From Candidatus Calditenuaceae archaeon HR02 (GTDB lineage: Archaea > Thermoproteota > Nitrososphaeria_A > Caldarchaeales > Calditenuaceae): 64,000 nt of DNA. The stretch is from assembly GCA_002898395.1 (NCBI GenBank), contig BEHE01000004.1, forward strand, positions 32,001 through 96,000. The letters are read 5' to 3'. Position numbers and translations under genes: made by a program. The notes beneath the pieces were generated by a model. That model saw nothing but the letters and a program-made list of their open reading frames with translations, was not told the DNA's origin and did not search any database. Each line of letters begins with the position of its first letter. Positions within the stretch are counted from its first letter, which is position 1. Positions 10,004 to 19,081 of the stretch are shown here, one piece after another.

Positions 10004-12271
10004 TTGAGAAGGGGGAGAAGGCTAGCCGGAATAGTGGCCTTAGCCCTCGCCGCTAGGCTGGCCCCCTCAGCCTTTACCGGGCACGGCTGGGACCTATTCG
10101 TGTGGCTAAAAGCGTCGGACTTCTTTCTTAACGAGCAGATTAACATATACAGCTATCCACAGTTTGAGGGGTTTCCATGGGGCTTTTACGCCTACCCACC
10201 GCCTTGGTTATATCTGCTAGCAGGCTCAACATATGTCGCATCCCTGCTGGGAGGGGTGAGAGAGGTATCTATTCTCTTTTTGAAGCTACCCATCATCTTG
10301 GCCGATGTGTTCTGCGGACTTGTACTGTGGCTCACAGCAAAGAAGCTAGGGTTAGGGGAAGAGGATGCTTACAAATTGGCCACACTATATCTCCTAAACC
10401 CCCTAACAATCTTTGTCTCAAGTATTTGGGGAATGTTTGACGCAATACCCGCCCTCTTCACACTGCTGGCTCTCTATCTACTATTGTCGGGCCTGGAATC
10501 GGCAGCCGGCGCCTCACTCGGCCTAGCAACTTCCTTCAAGATATACCCGGTCATCTTTCTGCCATCAATATTGCTAGTCCAGGTCAAAAAACACGGTCTC
10601 AAGTGCGCCATAACCAACCTACTTCTACCATTTGCATGGATACTTCTAATTGTCTCCCTCCCATTTTTAGGCGACCTGCCCAGCTATTTAGAAAAGCTCC
10701 TCTACCACAGGTCAAATGTTGGGCAATTTACCTACTGGACGCTCTTGGGGATTTTCATTGGAGGTGAGATTGCTAGCGCTGTTGGGTGGGCACTGTTCAC
10801 CGCAGCCCTCGCCATAACACTCTACAAACAGTATGCGGACCCCAGGCGAAGTAGAGATCTGACCACGATCCTTGCAGGTATCTTCACACTTTTCTTAGCA
10901 ACCTCTCCGAAGGTAAACGTCCAATACCTGGTCCTTGGACTTCCACTCCTCTTACTGGCGGCTTGGATCCATGATGACCCGGAGTCGCGGAGGGAGGTTA
11001 GGAAGAGGCTTACACTACTCCACATGGCGGCTCTAGTCTTCATGTTCGGGAGCATCTTCATTATTGGATATGACCCAGCAAACTTGGGGAAAGTATCAAA
11101 TCTCAGCCTGTTAGAGTCAGGGCTGGCAGGCTCGCTAATCCTTGTCGCGGCGGGGGTTGCTGGGTGGGAGTCTGTAAAGCTCGCCCTCGCACTGAACAAG
11201 CTAACACTACTAAAAAGAAGGCTAGATGAGAGGGCTGGGATTGCATCGATTATAGTGGTCGCCCTGATAGTTGTCACTGTCCTCCCCAGCCCAGCGGGTG
11301 TAAGACTGCCCCCGCAGCCGGTCAGGGTCGACATCCTAGAGAGCCCCGACTCGATATTTCAAGTGGGAGCCACCAGCATACCTCAAGACTTGTACCTAAA
11401 ACTCGGCGAGCCCACACACGTAGTGATCCCTCTATCGCCAGACTTCTTCATAGACTATCCTGAATTGAGTCCGCGTAGCGAAGTCTCCAGATACTTTAGG
11501 TTCAGATTGGATTCAGGTGGATGGACATTCTTTGACCTCTTCAAGCTTGTTAATGGGCTGAAGGCGTCTGGGCTTAAGGTTTTGGTAGGAGTATTCACGA
11601 AGAGCAAGGACCTACTAGTCTCTTATGGCATGCAGGGATACGAATCAAGCTGGTTCAGGGGAAATCAATACCTTGTAGATAAAAATGATAGAATGGCCTT
11701 TGGAGTAATGCTTCCCCTGAACATCAGTTTAGCTCAGTTCTATGCACAGCGGGTCTCAACGGCAGTCTATTCGATCGGATTTGACGGCATATACGTGTTA
11801 TCCCCCCGAGAGGGCCTTGTCTCGATTGGAGATGTGGAGTGGATTGAGCCTCTACTGGTTGAACTACGTGCCCACCTCGACAGCTCGAAGGAGGTCTTTC
11901 TCGATGGCGTAGACCCCTCACTAGGGGGCGATGCCATAGAGAGGCTGATGAATTATGCCGACTACATAGTTATTAGATCCCCCATATGGCTCCGCGAGAT
12001 AACCTCAGAGGAGCCGAGGCTCGGCCCTGAATACATGGAGCAGCTGAGAGCTGTGCTGGACGAGCTGGGCGGAAATAGGAAGTCGCAGATACTCTACTCT
12101 GTAAACGTGATGGATTTCTCGAGCGGCTGGCTCATCCCCGCAATACAGGTTCAGCTTCAAGTTGATACATTTTCCTCCCTAATTAATAGAGGGTTTGTGA
12201 TATATTTCGCTTCGAGGTATATCCCCTACCGTCTAACCCTCGATTCATCGGCGTTGAGGAGTGGGGCATAA
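10004..12271 (+). CDS. GT-C fold membrane glycosyltransferase (PIG-M/GT87-like) with a C-terminal soluble domain
   Basis: Many TM helices; YAYPPP, KLPIILAD, LNPLTIFVSSIWGMFD, KIYP motifs; ~320 aa hydrophilic C-terminus. Confidence 0.7.
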   Translation: MRRGRRLAGIVALALAARLAPSAFTGHGWDLFVWLKASDFFLNEQINIYSYPQFEGFPWGFYAYPPPWLYLLAGSTYVASLLGGVREVSILFLKLPIILADVFCGLVLWLTAKKLGLGEEDAYKLATLYLLNPLTIFVSSIWGMFDAIPALFTLLALYLLLSGLESAAGASLGLATSFKIYPVIFLPSILLVQVKKHGLKCAITNLLLPFAWILLIVSLPFLGDLPSYLEKLLYHRSNVGQFTYWTLLGIFIGGEIASAVGWALFTAALAITLYKQYADPRRSRDLTTILAGIFTLFLATSPKVNVQYLVLGLPLLLLAAWIHDDPESRREVRKRLTLLHMAALVFMFGSIFIIGYDPANLGKVSNLSLLESGLAGSLILVAAGVAGWESVKLALALNKLTLLKRRLDERAGIASIIVVALIVVTVLPSPAGVRLPPQPVRVDILESPDSIFQVGATSIPQDLYLKLGEPTHVVIPLSPDFFIDYPELSPRSEVSRYFRFRLDSGGWTFFDLFKLVNGLKASGLKVLVGVFTKSKDLLVSYGMQGYESSWFRGNQYLVDKNDRMAFGVMLPLNISLAQFYAQRVSTAVYSIGFDGIYVLSPREGLVSIGDVEWIEPLLVELRAHLDSSKEVFLDGVDPSLGGDAIERLMNYADYIVIRSPIWLREITSEEPRLGPEYMEQLRAVLDELGGNRKSQILYSVNVMDFSSGWLIPAIQVQLQVDTFSSLINRGFVIYFASRYIPYRLTLDSSALRSGA

Positions 12272-12313
12272 GGCTAAGGTTCTTAAGGCGGGCGTGGCAA
12301 GTCGGATTGATAG

Positions 12314-12922
12314 ATGAGTACAGGGTGGGAGCCGAAGACGCTCGTTGGAAAGCTTGTCAAGGAGGGGAAAATAACCTCTATCGAGGAGTTATTCGCCAAT
12401 AATTACCGGGTAACTGAGCCAGAGATAGTTGATTATCTTGTACCCAATCTCCAGCAAGAGGTCATAGACATCAAGCTTGTGCAGAGACAAACAGATGCAG
12501 GCGAGAAATCGAGGTACAAAGCGATAGTCGCTGTGGGCAACGGTGACGGGCTGGTCGGCCTCGGCACAGCCAAGTCAACCCAGGTGGTAATGGCTATCGA
12601 GAGGGCTGTCAGCAGGGCTAAAATGAGCCTGATATACGTCCAGAGGGGGTGTGGGAGCTGGGAGTGTGCCTGCGGCGAGCCGCATAGCCTCCGAGTAATG
12701 GTTAAGGGGCGGTGCGGCAGTGTAGAGGCTCACCTGCTGCCTGCTCCCCGTGGGCTGGGACTTGTAGCTGGCGACATCGCCAAGATCATGCTGAGGCTCG
12801 CAGGTGTTAGAGATTGCTGGCTAAGAAGCTTTGGTGAGACGCGAACACCGTTAAGCATGGCAGGCGCCATATACGACGCGTTGAAGAAAACGAACTACAT
12901 AGTTCTCCCTAGCATGTGGTGA
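12314..12922 (+). CDS. rps5: 30S ribosomal protein uS5
   Basis: WEPKTLVGKLV, VQRQTDAG, RGCGSWEC, PAPRGLGLVAG. Confidence 0.97.
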   Translation: MSTGWEPKTLVGKLVKEGKITSIEELFANNYRVTEPEIVDYLVPNLQQEVIDIKLVQRQTDAGEKSRYKAIVAVGNGDGLVGLGTAKSTQVVMAIERAVSRAKMSLIYVQRGCGSWECACGEPHSLRVMVKGRCGSVEAHLLPAPRGLGLVAGDIAKIMLRLAGVRDCWLRSFGETRTPLSMAGAIYDALKKTNYIVLPSMW

Positions 12923-12929
12923 AGATGCT

Positions 12930-13403
12930 TTGGATAAAGCCCCACCAATAATTGTCATAAGGGTCAGAGGCCCCTCTGGGATGGACTCTGAGACGGAGTA
13001 TACGTTGAGGCTTCTAAACCTGAAGAGGGCTAACCACGCCGCCATACTACCCCTGAACCCAAGTGTTAGAGGTGCCATTAGGAAGGTTGACCCCTATGTG
13101 ACTTGGGGCGAGGCTACCCCCGAGATTCTGGTCAAGCTATTCAGAAGAGCCGATCTCCAGCCGGGGGTAAAGGTTGAGGAGGAGCTCGCCAGGCTCGGCG
13201 TGGCTAGTTATGAGGAACTGGCTGAAAAGATCTGTAAAGGTGATTTGGATGTGGGTGTGTTGAGAAGGATTTTCAAGCCCGCATTCAGGCTCCACCCACC
13301 CAGAGGGGGCTTCAAGGGGAGTATAAAGCGCCCTGTTAGTCAGAAAGGAGTTTTAGGATACGCGGGAGAGAGAATTGGAAGACTTATAGAGGCTATGTGC
13401 TAG
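12930..13403 (+). CDS. rpl30: 50S ribosomal protein uL30
   Basis: IVIRVRG, TLRLLNL, YVTWGE, FRLHPPRGG; follows rps5. Confidence 0.96.
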   Translation: MDKAPPIIVIRVRGPSGMDSETEYTLRLLNLKRANHAAILPLNPSVRGAIRKVDPYVTWGEATPEILVKLFRRADLQPGVKVEEELARLGVASYEELAEKICKGDLDVGVLRRIFKPAFRLHPPRGGFKGSIKRPVSQKGVLGYAGERIGRLIEAMC

Positions 13404-13459
13404 AGAGTTGTTGGGAGGATATATATCAGGGGTTGGTGTGAGAAGTTAGGGTGTCCCTG

Positions 13460-13894
13460 ATGCCCACGAGGCTTCGAAAGATACGGAAGAGGCGTGGGTC
13501 ACGCACGCATGGCTGGGGGCAGATAGGCCAGCATAGAAAGCATGGAGCAAAGGGAGGCCGGGGAATGGCGGGAGGACATAAGCACAAGTGGACATGGATT
13601 ATAAAATATGCGCCCGACCACTTTGGCGAGAAGGGTTTCTACCCACCCACATCAAGAGAAGTTAAGGCGATAAACCTAGACCAAGTCTCATTGATAGCTG
13701 AGAAGCTTAAGACTAGGGGCGCTGCAAAGAGTGAAAATGGGAAGATAATAGTTGACCTCCCTTCACTTGGGTATGATAAGGTGCTCGGCAAGGGCCGGCT
13801 GACAATTCCAGTAAAAATAGTCGCTAAGTCGTGGACACCTAAGGCCGAGGAGAAGATTTTAGCCTCAAACTCAGTAATAGTGGCGGCTGAATAG
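13460..13894 (+). CDS. rpl15: 50S ribosomal protein uL15
   Basis: RGSRTHGWG, GGRGMAG..KHKW, KVLGKG. Confidence 0.97.
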   Translation: MPTRLRKIRKRRGSRTHGWGQIGQHRKHGAKGGRGMAGGHKHKWTWIIKYAPDHFGEKGFYPPTSREVKAINLDQVSLIAEKLKTRGAAKSENGKIIVDLPSLGYDKVLGKGRLTIPVKIVAKSWTPKAEEKILASNSVIVAAE

Positions 13895-13898
13895 GGAG

Positions 13899-15329
13899 AT
13901 GAGCGAGGAGAGGGGGCGGCTGGGTGAGGTTCTCACAAGGCTCCTCCCAGAGGCCGCTAAGCCGGTCAGGAGACTGACGCTTTCAGAACGGCTTGTTTGG
14001 ACGGCTCTAGTGCTGGTGATCTACGAGGCCATGAGCAGCACAGCACTCTATGGCGTATCAGTGTCACCAACGCAGGCCAGCCCCCTACTCCTCAATATAA
14101 TCTTTGCATCAAACATTGGGACATTAACTACGCTCGGAATAGGCCCCATCGTCACAGGGGGCCTGATCCTCCAGCTCCTCGTAGGGGCTGAGATACTGCG
14201 CCTAGACCTGAAGAAGAGTGAGGATAGGGCGCTATTCACTGCTCTCAGCAAGGTTTTCACACTGGTTATAGCTATATTTCAGGGGGCGGCCTATATTCTC
14301 GCAGGATACTTCGGATCACTCACACCCACTACACAGATTCTGGTATTTGCACAGCTCTTCTTCGCAACAATCGTAATAATGTTAATGGATGAGCTGGTGC
14401 AGAAGGGGTGGGGCCTAGGTAGCGGTATAAGCCTCTTCATCGCCGCCGGAGTGGCCGGCCAGATATTCTCTGACCTCTTCTCGCCCCTTATCCTCCAGGA
14501 TGGTTTCTTCCACGGGGTAATCCTTGCGATAGCCCAGGGCTTATTCAGCCCCCAGGGTATTGGGCCTCTATTCATAAGACATGTGGCTCAGCGCGGCGAC
14601 ATCTTAGGCCTCATTTCAACCGTCTCGATAATACTGACTCTAATCTATCTGGAGGGGGTTAGGGTCAACATTCCCATCAGCCACTCGAGATATAGTGGGT
14701 TTAGAGGAACATATCCCATCAAGCTACTCTACGTCTCCAATGTCCCAGTCATCTTCGCCTCAACAATATTCACAAACATCTACTACCTTTCCTCAATCGT
14801 ATGGTCACGATACAATACAGACAACTCAAACCCAATCCTAAACCTCCTAGGCACATTCACCTTAGCCGAGGGAACAAATCGACCCATCCCAACCGGCGGT
14901 CTAGCCTACTACGCTCTAGGCCCGTCAAACTTTACAGAGGCTGTGGCAGACCCCATAAGATCACTGGCTTTTGTCGGGCTGATGGTTGGTTTCTGCCTCA
15001 TGCTGGGGCGGTTCTGGATCACTGTCGGGGGGCTCTCGCCTGATAGGGTTGCTGAACAGCTTATAGCTGCGGGCATGCAGGTTCCCGGCTTCAGGAGGTC
15101 GCCGGTCATCATCTCATCAATCTTACGCCGATACATCTACACAGTAGCCATAATAGGCTCGATCATAGTCGGCCTCTTGGCAAGCACAGCAAACTATGTT
15201 AACGCCTTCGGAACAGGGACTGGCCTACTACTCATGATCGGGATACTCTACCAGTACTACCAGATATTGGTGAGGGAGCGCGTAGCCGAGACCTACCCCG
15301 CCCTAGCACGACTCGTGGGTGAGGAGTAG
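13899..15329 (+). CDS. secY: Preprotein translocase subunit SecY
   Basis: LGIGPIVTGGLILQLL, DELVQKGWGLGSGISLFI, YPIKLLYVSNVPVI, QVPGFRR, GTGLLL. Confidence 0.97.
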   Translation: MSEERGRLGEVLTRLLPEAAKPVRRLTLSERLVWTALVLVIYEAMSSTALYGVSVSPTQASPLLLNIIFASNIGTLTTLGIGPIVTGGLILQLLVGAEILRLDLKKSEDRALFTALSKVFTLVIAIFQGAAYILAGYFGSLTPTTQILVFAQLFFATIVIMLMDELVQKGWGLGSGISLFIAAGVAGQIFSDLFSPLILQDGFFHGVILAIAQGLFSPQGIGPLFIRHVAQRGDILGLISTVSIILTLIYLEGVRVNIPISHSRYSGFRGTYPIKLLYVSNVPVIFASTIFTNIYYLSSIVWSRYNTDNSNPILNLLGTFTLAEGTNRPIPTGGLAYYALGPSNFTEAVADPIRSLAFVGLMVGFCLMLGRFWITVGGLSPDRVAEQLIAAGMQVPGFRRSPVIISSILRRYIYTVAIIGSIIVGLLASTANYVNAFGTGTGLLLMIGILYQYYQILVRERVAETYPALARLVGEE

Positions 15330-15331
15330 AG

Positions 15332-15805
15332 ATGGTTGAGGCCGCTGTTTTCGAGATATTGGGCTTTTCAACAATGCTGGCACTAGTCTCTGCAGGCCTT
15401 AGACGCGTGATCCTAAGCAAGGAGGACATGCTAGCTATGCAGGAGGTCACCAAGTATAATCGAGAGCTCATGAAGGCCCTTCGGGAGAAGGATGTGAAGG
15501 CCGTGGAGAGGCTGGAGAAGAAGAAGGAATACATGCAGAGGGTTCAGGCCAAGATATTTGGAAAAAACATGATACTCATGCTAATCTCCATGGTCATCTT
15601 TTTCACCTTTTTCTTCTTCGCAAATGCGAGGTATGGTCACACACCCCTCCTAACCATGCCACCCGGGCTTGAGCTCCCATTCATCTCCGTGGGGGGAAAG
15701 ATACAGTTCTTCGGATGGTATCTCCTGACGTTTTTCGCTATCAGCCTGCCGGTAAACAAGTTTTTAGGCATGAAGATTACTACTTCAAGCGCGGCCAAGA
15801 AGTAG
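15332..15805 (+). CDS. DUF106 / EMC3-TMCO1 (Oxa1 superfamily) membrane protein
   Basis: TM, coiled coil, TMs; GWYLL motif; conserved position after secY. Confidence 0.85.
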   Translation: MVEAAVFEILGFSTMLALVSAGLRRVILSKEDMLAMQEVTKYNRELMKALREKDVKAVERLEKKKEYMQRVQAKIFGKNMILMLISMVIFFTFFFFANARYGHTPLLTMPPGLELPFISVGGKIQFFGWYLLTFFAISLPVNKFLGMKITTSSAAKK

Positions 15806-15811
15806 TAGGGG

Positions 15812-16018
15812 GTGTTCCAGAATTTGACCAGGAAGTGCGCATGGTGTGGCAGGCCGTTGAGCGGTGTATCTGATGGGCGGAAGCTTCCGTTAAGTTGGAA
15901 GAGGGTGGAGAGGCTGTATGGAGGATATCTCTGCCACGCCTGCCTGAGAGAAGCGATACTTAGATGGGTTGTGAAGGAGGCTGCGGCAAGCGGCCCTATA
16001 GGTCAAAGTAGTGCCTGA
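15812..16018 (+). CDS. rpl34e: 50S ribosomal protein eL34, short form lacking the N-terminal basic extension
   Basis: [12 protein letters not shown]...[16 protein letters not shown] matches the eL34 zinc-finger core; syntenic position after DUF106. Confidence 0.85.
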   Translation: MFQNLTRKCAWCGRPLSGVSDGRKLPLSWKRVERLYGGYLCHACLREAILRWVVKEAAASGPIGQSSA

Positions 16019-16571
16019 CTGCCAAATATACTATCTCAAAAACCTCCTCACTACTAAGCCGCGAAGTGTCTAGGATGAGGTGAAAGGGGGTGAAATCCTC
16101 GCCCAGCTTCAAGCCGTACAGCTTTCGGTAGAGTTCCATGTTTCTGGCATCGCGCTCCTCGAGTATCCTACGCGCCTCCTCCAAGCTGAGCCCAGCCCTC
16201 TTGGCAAGCCTCTCAACCCTCACGTCTCTATCAGCCTTGAGCCAAACCTTGAACCCACCATCGAAAAGCCATGGTAAGACCCAGCTATCGATGACTACAC
16301 CGCCACGATGCGCCAGCCGCAGAAGCTCTTCATCAACCGTCTTGTCCAAGCTCCCGTCCTTCTCCCTGAGGGCTAGGAACTGCATACCTGCCTCGCTCTC
16401 CCACCACCTGCTCCCGGAAGTGTCATAGCCCTTCTTCATGGCGATGGACTTCAAGGCCTCGCCCCCCGAATAGCGCTCAACACCCAGCCTCTCGGCGAGG
16501 AGACGCGACAACGTGCTCTTCCCAGAAGCCGCAAGACCACTCACTATAACCACGATGTCCTTCTTATGCAC
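15996..16571 (-). CDS. cmk: Cytidylate kinase, archaeal type (inverted relative to the cluster)
   Basis: [12 protein letters not shown]-loop, DKTVDE, GGVVIDS, KVWLKA..VRVER, YRKLYG, LILDTS. Confidence 0.9.
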   Translation of the reverse strand: MHKKDIVVIVSGLAASGKSTLSRLLAERLGVERYSGGEALKSIAMKKGYDTSGSRWWESEAGMQFLALREKDGSLDKTVDEELLRLAHRGGVVIDSWVLPWLFDGGFKVWLKADRDVRVERLAKRAGLSLEEARRILEERDARNMELYRKLYGLKLGEDFTPFHLILDTSRLSSEEVFEIVYLAVRHYFDL

Positions 16572-16665
16572 GGGATATTGATTTGCACAGCGAGTTAAAA
16601 AGGGTAGAGACTCGTGCGCGGCTGAGATTTATTACGGGGCAGTAACGGTAGGTGGATTCAGGTAG

Positions 16666-16953
16666 GTGGATATGGTGGCCGAGGTTGGAAGAATAGTGGT
16701 GAAGGTTGCAGGGCGCGACGCTGGTCTAAAAGGCGTTGTAGTGAATGTGGTGGGAGGCAACAGGGTGCTCGTGACCGGGCCGCCCAGCCTGACAGGCCTT
16801 AGGAGGCGCGCAGTGAACATCCTCCACATCCTGCCAACACAGTACAAGATCGAAGTAAAGCGTGATGCAAGCGACGCGGAGGTTGTCAAGGCCCTCGAGG
16901 AGAGCGGGCTTATCGACTACATGAAGAGGAGGGCTGAGATATCCAGGTGGTAG
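16666..16953 (+). CDS. rpl14e: 50S ribosomal protein eL14
   Basis: [40 protein letters not shown]. Confidence 0.96.
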   Translation: MDMVAEVGRIVVKVAGRDAGLKGVVVNVVGGNRVLVTGPPSLTGLRRRAVNILHILPTQYKIEVKRDASDAEVVKALEESGLIDYMKRRAEISRW

Positions 16954-18003
16954 GCATACTCCTGCGGCACAGCACCAACCCCTGGCCTACTGAGCGAGAA
17001 TTCGTGACACTTAGGGAGGCGGACACAGACCCAAGGTATGGTTCAAGACCTGAGGAGCGGCCAATGCATGACCTGTTAAACTATGGCTACATTCCTCTAG
17101 ACAAGCCACGCGGCCCCACCAGCGGCGAGATAACTGAGCGGGTCAGGAGAATGCTGGGGGTTGAGAGGGCTGGGCATGGCGGGACCCTAGTCCCCGGTGG
17201 GTGGGGGAGATCCCGCTGTCTCCGGACTCCTCCCGATCCTCCTAGGAAGAGCTACTAAGGCCTCCGAAGAAATCCACACATATCCGAAGGAGTACATCTG
17301 CTTGTTAAGGCTCCACGAAGAGGTAGACGACCACGCCCTCGAATGGGGGCTCTCACAGTTCGTAGGAGAGTTCTACCAGACTCCACCTGTAAGGTCCAAC
17401 GTGGCCAGACAGGTCAGGAAGAAGGAGCTGTTCGAGGCAGAGGTGCTGGAGAGAGATGGACGAGACATCCTCCTAAGAATGATCGTGAGCGGCGGCACAT
17501 ACGTCCGCAAGCTGTGCCACGATCTGGGACTAGTCTTGGGGGTTGGAGCCCACATGGTTGAGTTGAGGCGAGTACGGGTAGGCCCTAAGTCCGAGAGGGG
17601 GGCAGTCACAATCCAGCAGCTCCAACGCGCGGTATGGCAGTATCGGGAGAGCAGGGATGAGAAGGGGTTGCGGAGTATCATTAGACCCATAGAAGAGCTC
17701 CTTGAATACATACCTAGAATAATCATCCTAGACTCTGCCGTCGACGCCATCTGCCACGGCGCACACCTAGCCAGGCCCGGAATAGCCCAAGTCGAGACAA
17801 GAATTACCCCAGGAGCGACAGTAGGAATCTTCACACTCAAGGGCGAAATCGTCGCAATAGCCAGAGCACTAAAATCAACAGAAGGAATGCTGAGAGAAGG
17901 CGGAATCATAGCCAAGACCGACAGAGTCCTCATGACACGCGGCACCTACCCCCCAAAATGGGGAAAGGGAAAATCTAAAACAAGCTGGCACACAACGTAT
18001 TAA
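16947..18003 (+). CDS. cbf5: H/ACA RNA-guided pseudouridine synthase Cbf5; two exons 16947-17190 and 17210-18003
   Basis: Exon 1 has [16 protein letters not shown]; exon 2 in another frame has [31 protein letters not shown] and a PUA domain. Removing 19 nt restores GHGGTLDP. Confidence 0.95.
17191..17209 (+). other. 19-nt archaeal BHB pre-mRNA intron in cbf5
   Basis: TCCCCGGTGGGTGGGGGAG lies between G and AT of the catalytic Asp codon; exon helix GCGGGA/UCCCGC, central helix CCCU/GGGG, bulges AG^U and AG^A. Confidence 0.92.
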
Positions 18004-18006
18004 CGG

Positions 18007-18092
18007 GCCGGGGTGGCAGAGTGGATAATGCGCAGGCCTGGAGAGCCTGTGGCCCATTTCGGGCCGCGAGGGTTCGAATCCCTCCCCCGGCG
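18007..18092 (+). tRNA. tRNA-Ser(GGA)
   Basis: GCCGGGG/CCCCGGC acceptor stem, CAGGC-CTGGAGA-GCCTG anticodon arm, long variable arm, GAGGG-TTCGAAT-CCCTC T arm, discriminator G, no encoded CCA. Confidence 0.96.
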
Positions 18093-18530
18093 TTACTGTT
18101 AAATCATTAATAATAAGCATGAAGGGAGGAGGGGGTTTCGTCTGTACTTCTTCTCTCTCTTGCCGATACCTCTTTGTAAGATCTTACAAATCTTCCACCA
18201 GCTCTTCTTTGTAATACTGTATCATCTTTATTGAGAGTTCGATGAGGTATCTCTCTTATCAGTGGACTCGTCTTTATTCCAATTTCCGCAAGTAGCTGTC
18301 TGATGTGTTCTAGTGATTCAATGTTAGTGTTTGCGTAGGCTGGCATCAATCCCACCCCATCACCATCGAAGAAGCTCCTGGAGAATCTTACATTCGCCTC
18401 AGAGTCCATCTATTCCGCCACTATCTTGTAGATAATATAGCGCGGTTAGTGTGGCGTACACTCTGTAAAGACCGTCCCTGAATCTTATCCATGGCCTTAG
18501 TCCCACCCTCCTCAGAGTCCCAGCTCACGA
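18093..18530 (-). mobile_element. Decayed LAGLIDADG endonuclease element, copy 1 (3' of tRNA-Ser GGA)
   Basis: Fragment SFFDGDGVGLMPAYANTNIESLEHIRQLLAEIGI is homologous to 58600-58992; DNA similarity continues to the tRNA-proximal end; frameshifts and deletions; distal boundary approximate. Confidence 0.8.
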
Positions 18531-18726
18531 AGCCAGCCGTCTAAACCTAGATCAAAATTGGATGTCGTGCGACAAGGGTTACTGGTTTTCCAAGGGGTGG
18601 AGCTATAGGCTGAGTGGAGTAGATGTATGGTGTTATTATTGGACGCGCAATCCTTGGACGATCCTAGTGTCATACACACTCCGTAGCTGCCGAAGCCTCA
18701 GTCCTCATAAGCCCATAGTCTCTCTT

Positions 18727-18771
18727 CAGCTTCTTATCCTCTTGACTTTTTCCTTAGTTTTGTGTTGCATC
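18727..18771 (-). repeat. 45-bp repeat, 38/45 identical to 40119-40163
   Basis: GATGCAACACAAAACTAAGGAAAAAGTCAAGAGGATAAGAAGCTG vs GATGCAACACAAAACAAAGAAACAAGTCAAAAAGATAGGAGGCTG (manual alignment). Confidence 0.7.
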
Positions 18772-18796
18772 CTCACCCTGATGGTCCGTGAGTGAA

Positions 18797-19081
18797 AGTG
18801 ATGTTTTTGTGTTCTATGTCCATCCCGAAGACTATCAGAGGTTCCTCGACTACGTGGGAATATCTATAACTAGGAATAATGAGGTATCTCATCGATTTCT
18901 CCATAAAGGTGATGTGGCGTTATATGGGGTGAGGTAGGAGAAATGAAGGTGTGGTGGGAGATTTGTGAGATTTTGAAGAAAAGTATCGGCAGTAATATGA
19001 TGAAGCGCAGACGAAAACCCGCCCCCCTCCCCCCTTATCCCCTCATACCTACCACATTGGAAAATCCATAATTATTAAAAT
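18797..19081 (+). mobile_element. Decayed LAGLIDADG element, copy 2 (3' of tRNA-Gly)
   Basis: 18836-19070 is nearly identical to 59058-59291 (one indel and one substitution by eye); encodes DVFVFYVHPEDYQRFLDYVGISITRN. Confidence 0.85.

Noticed and set aside
16947-18003. cbf5 as a frameshifted pseudogene or two genes
   Set aside because: Fully explained by a canonical 19-nt BHB intron
17875-18120. Duplicated ORFs MLIINDLTVTPGEGFEPSRP.. (also 39687-39881)
   Set aside because: Antisense translations of the two tRNA-Ser genes
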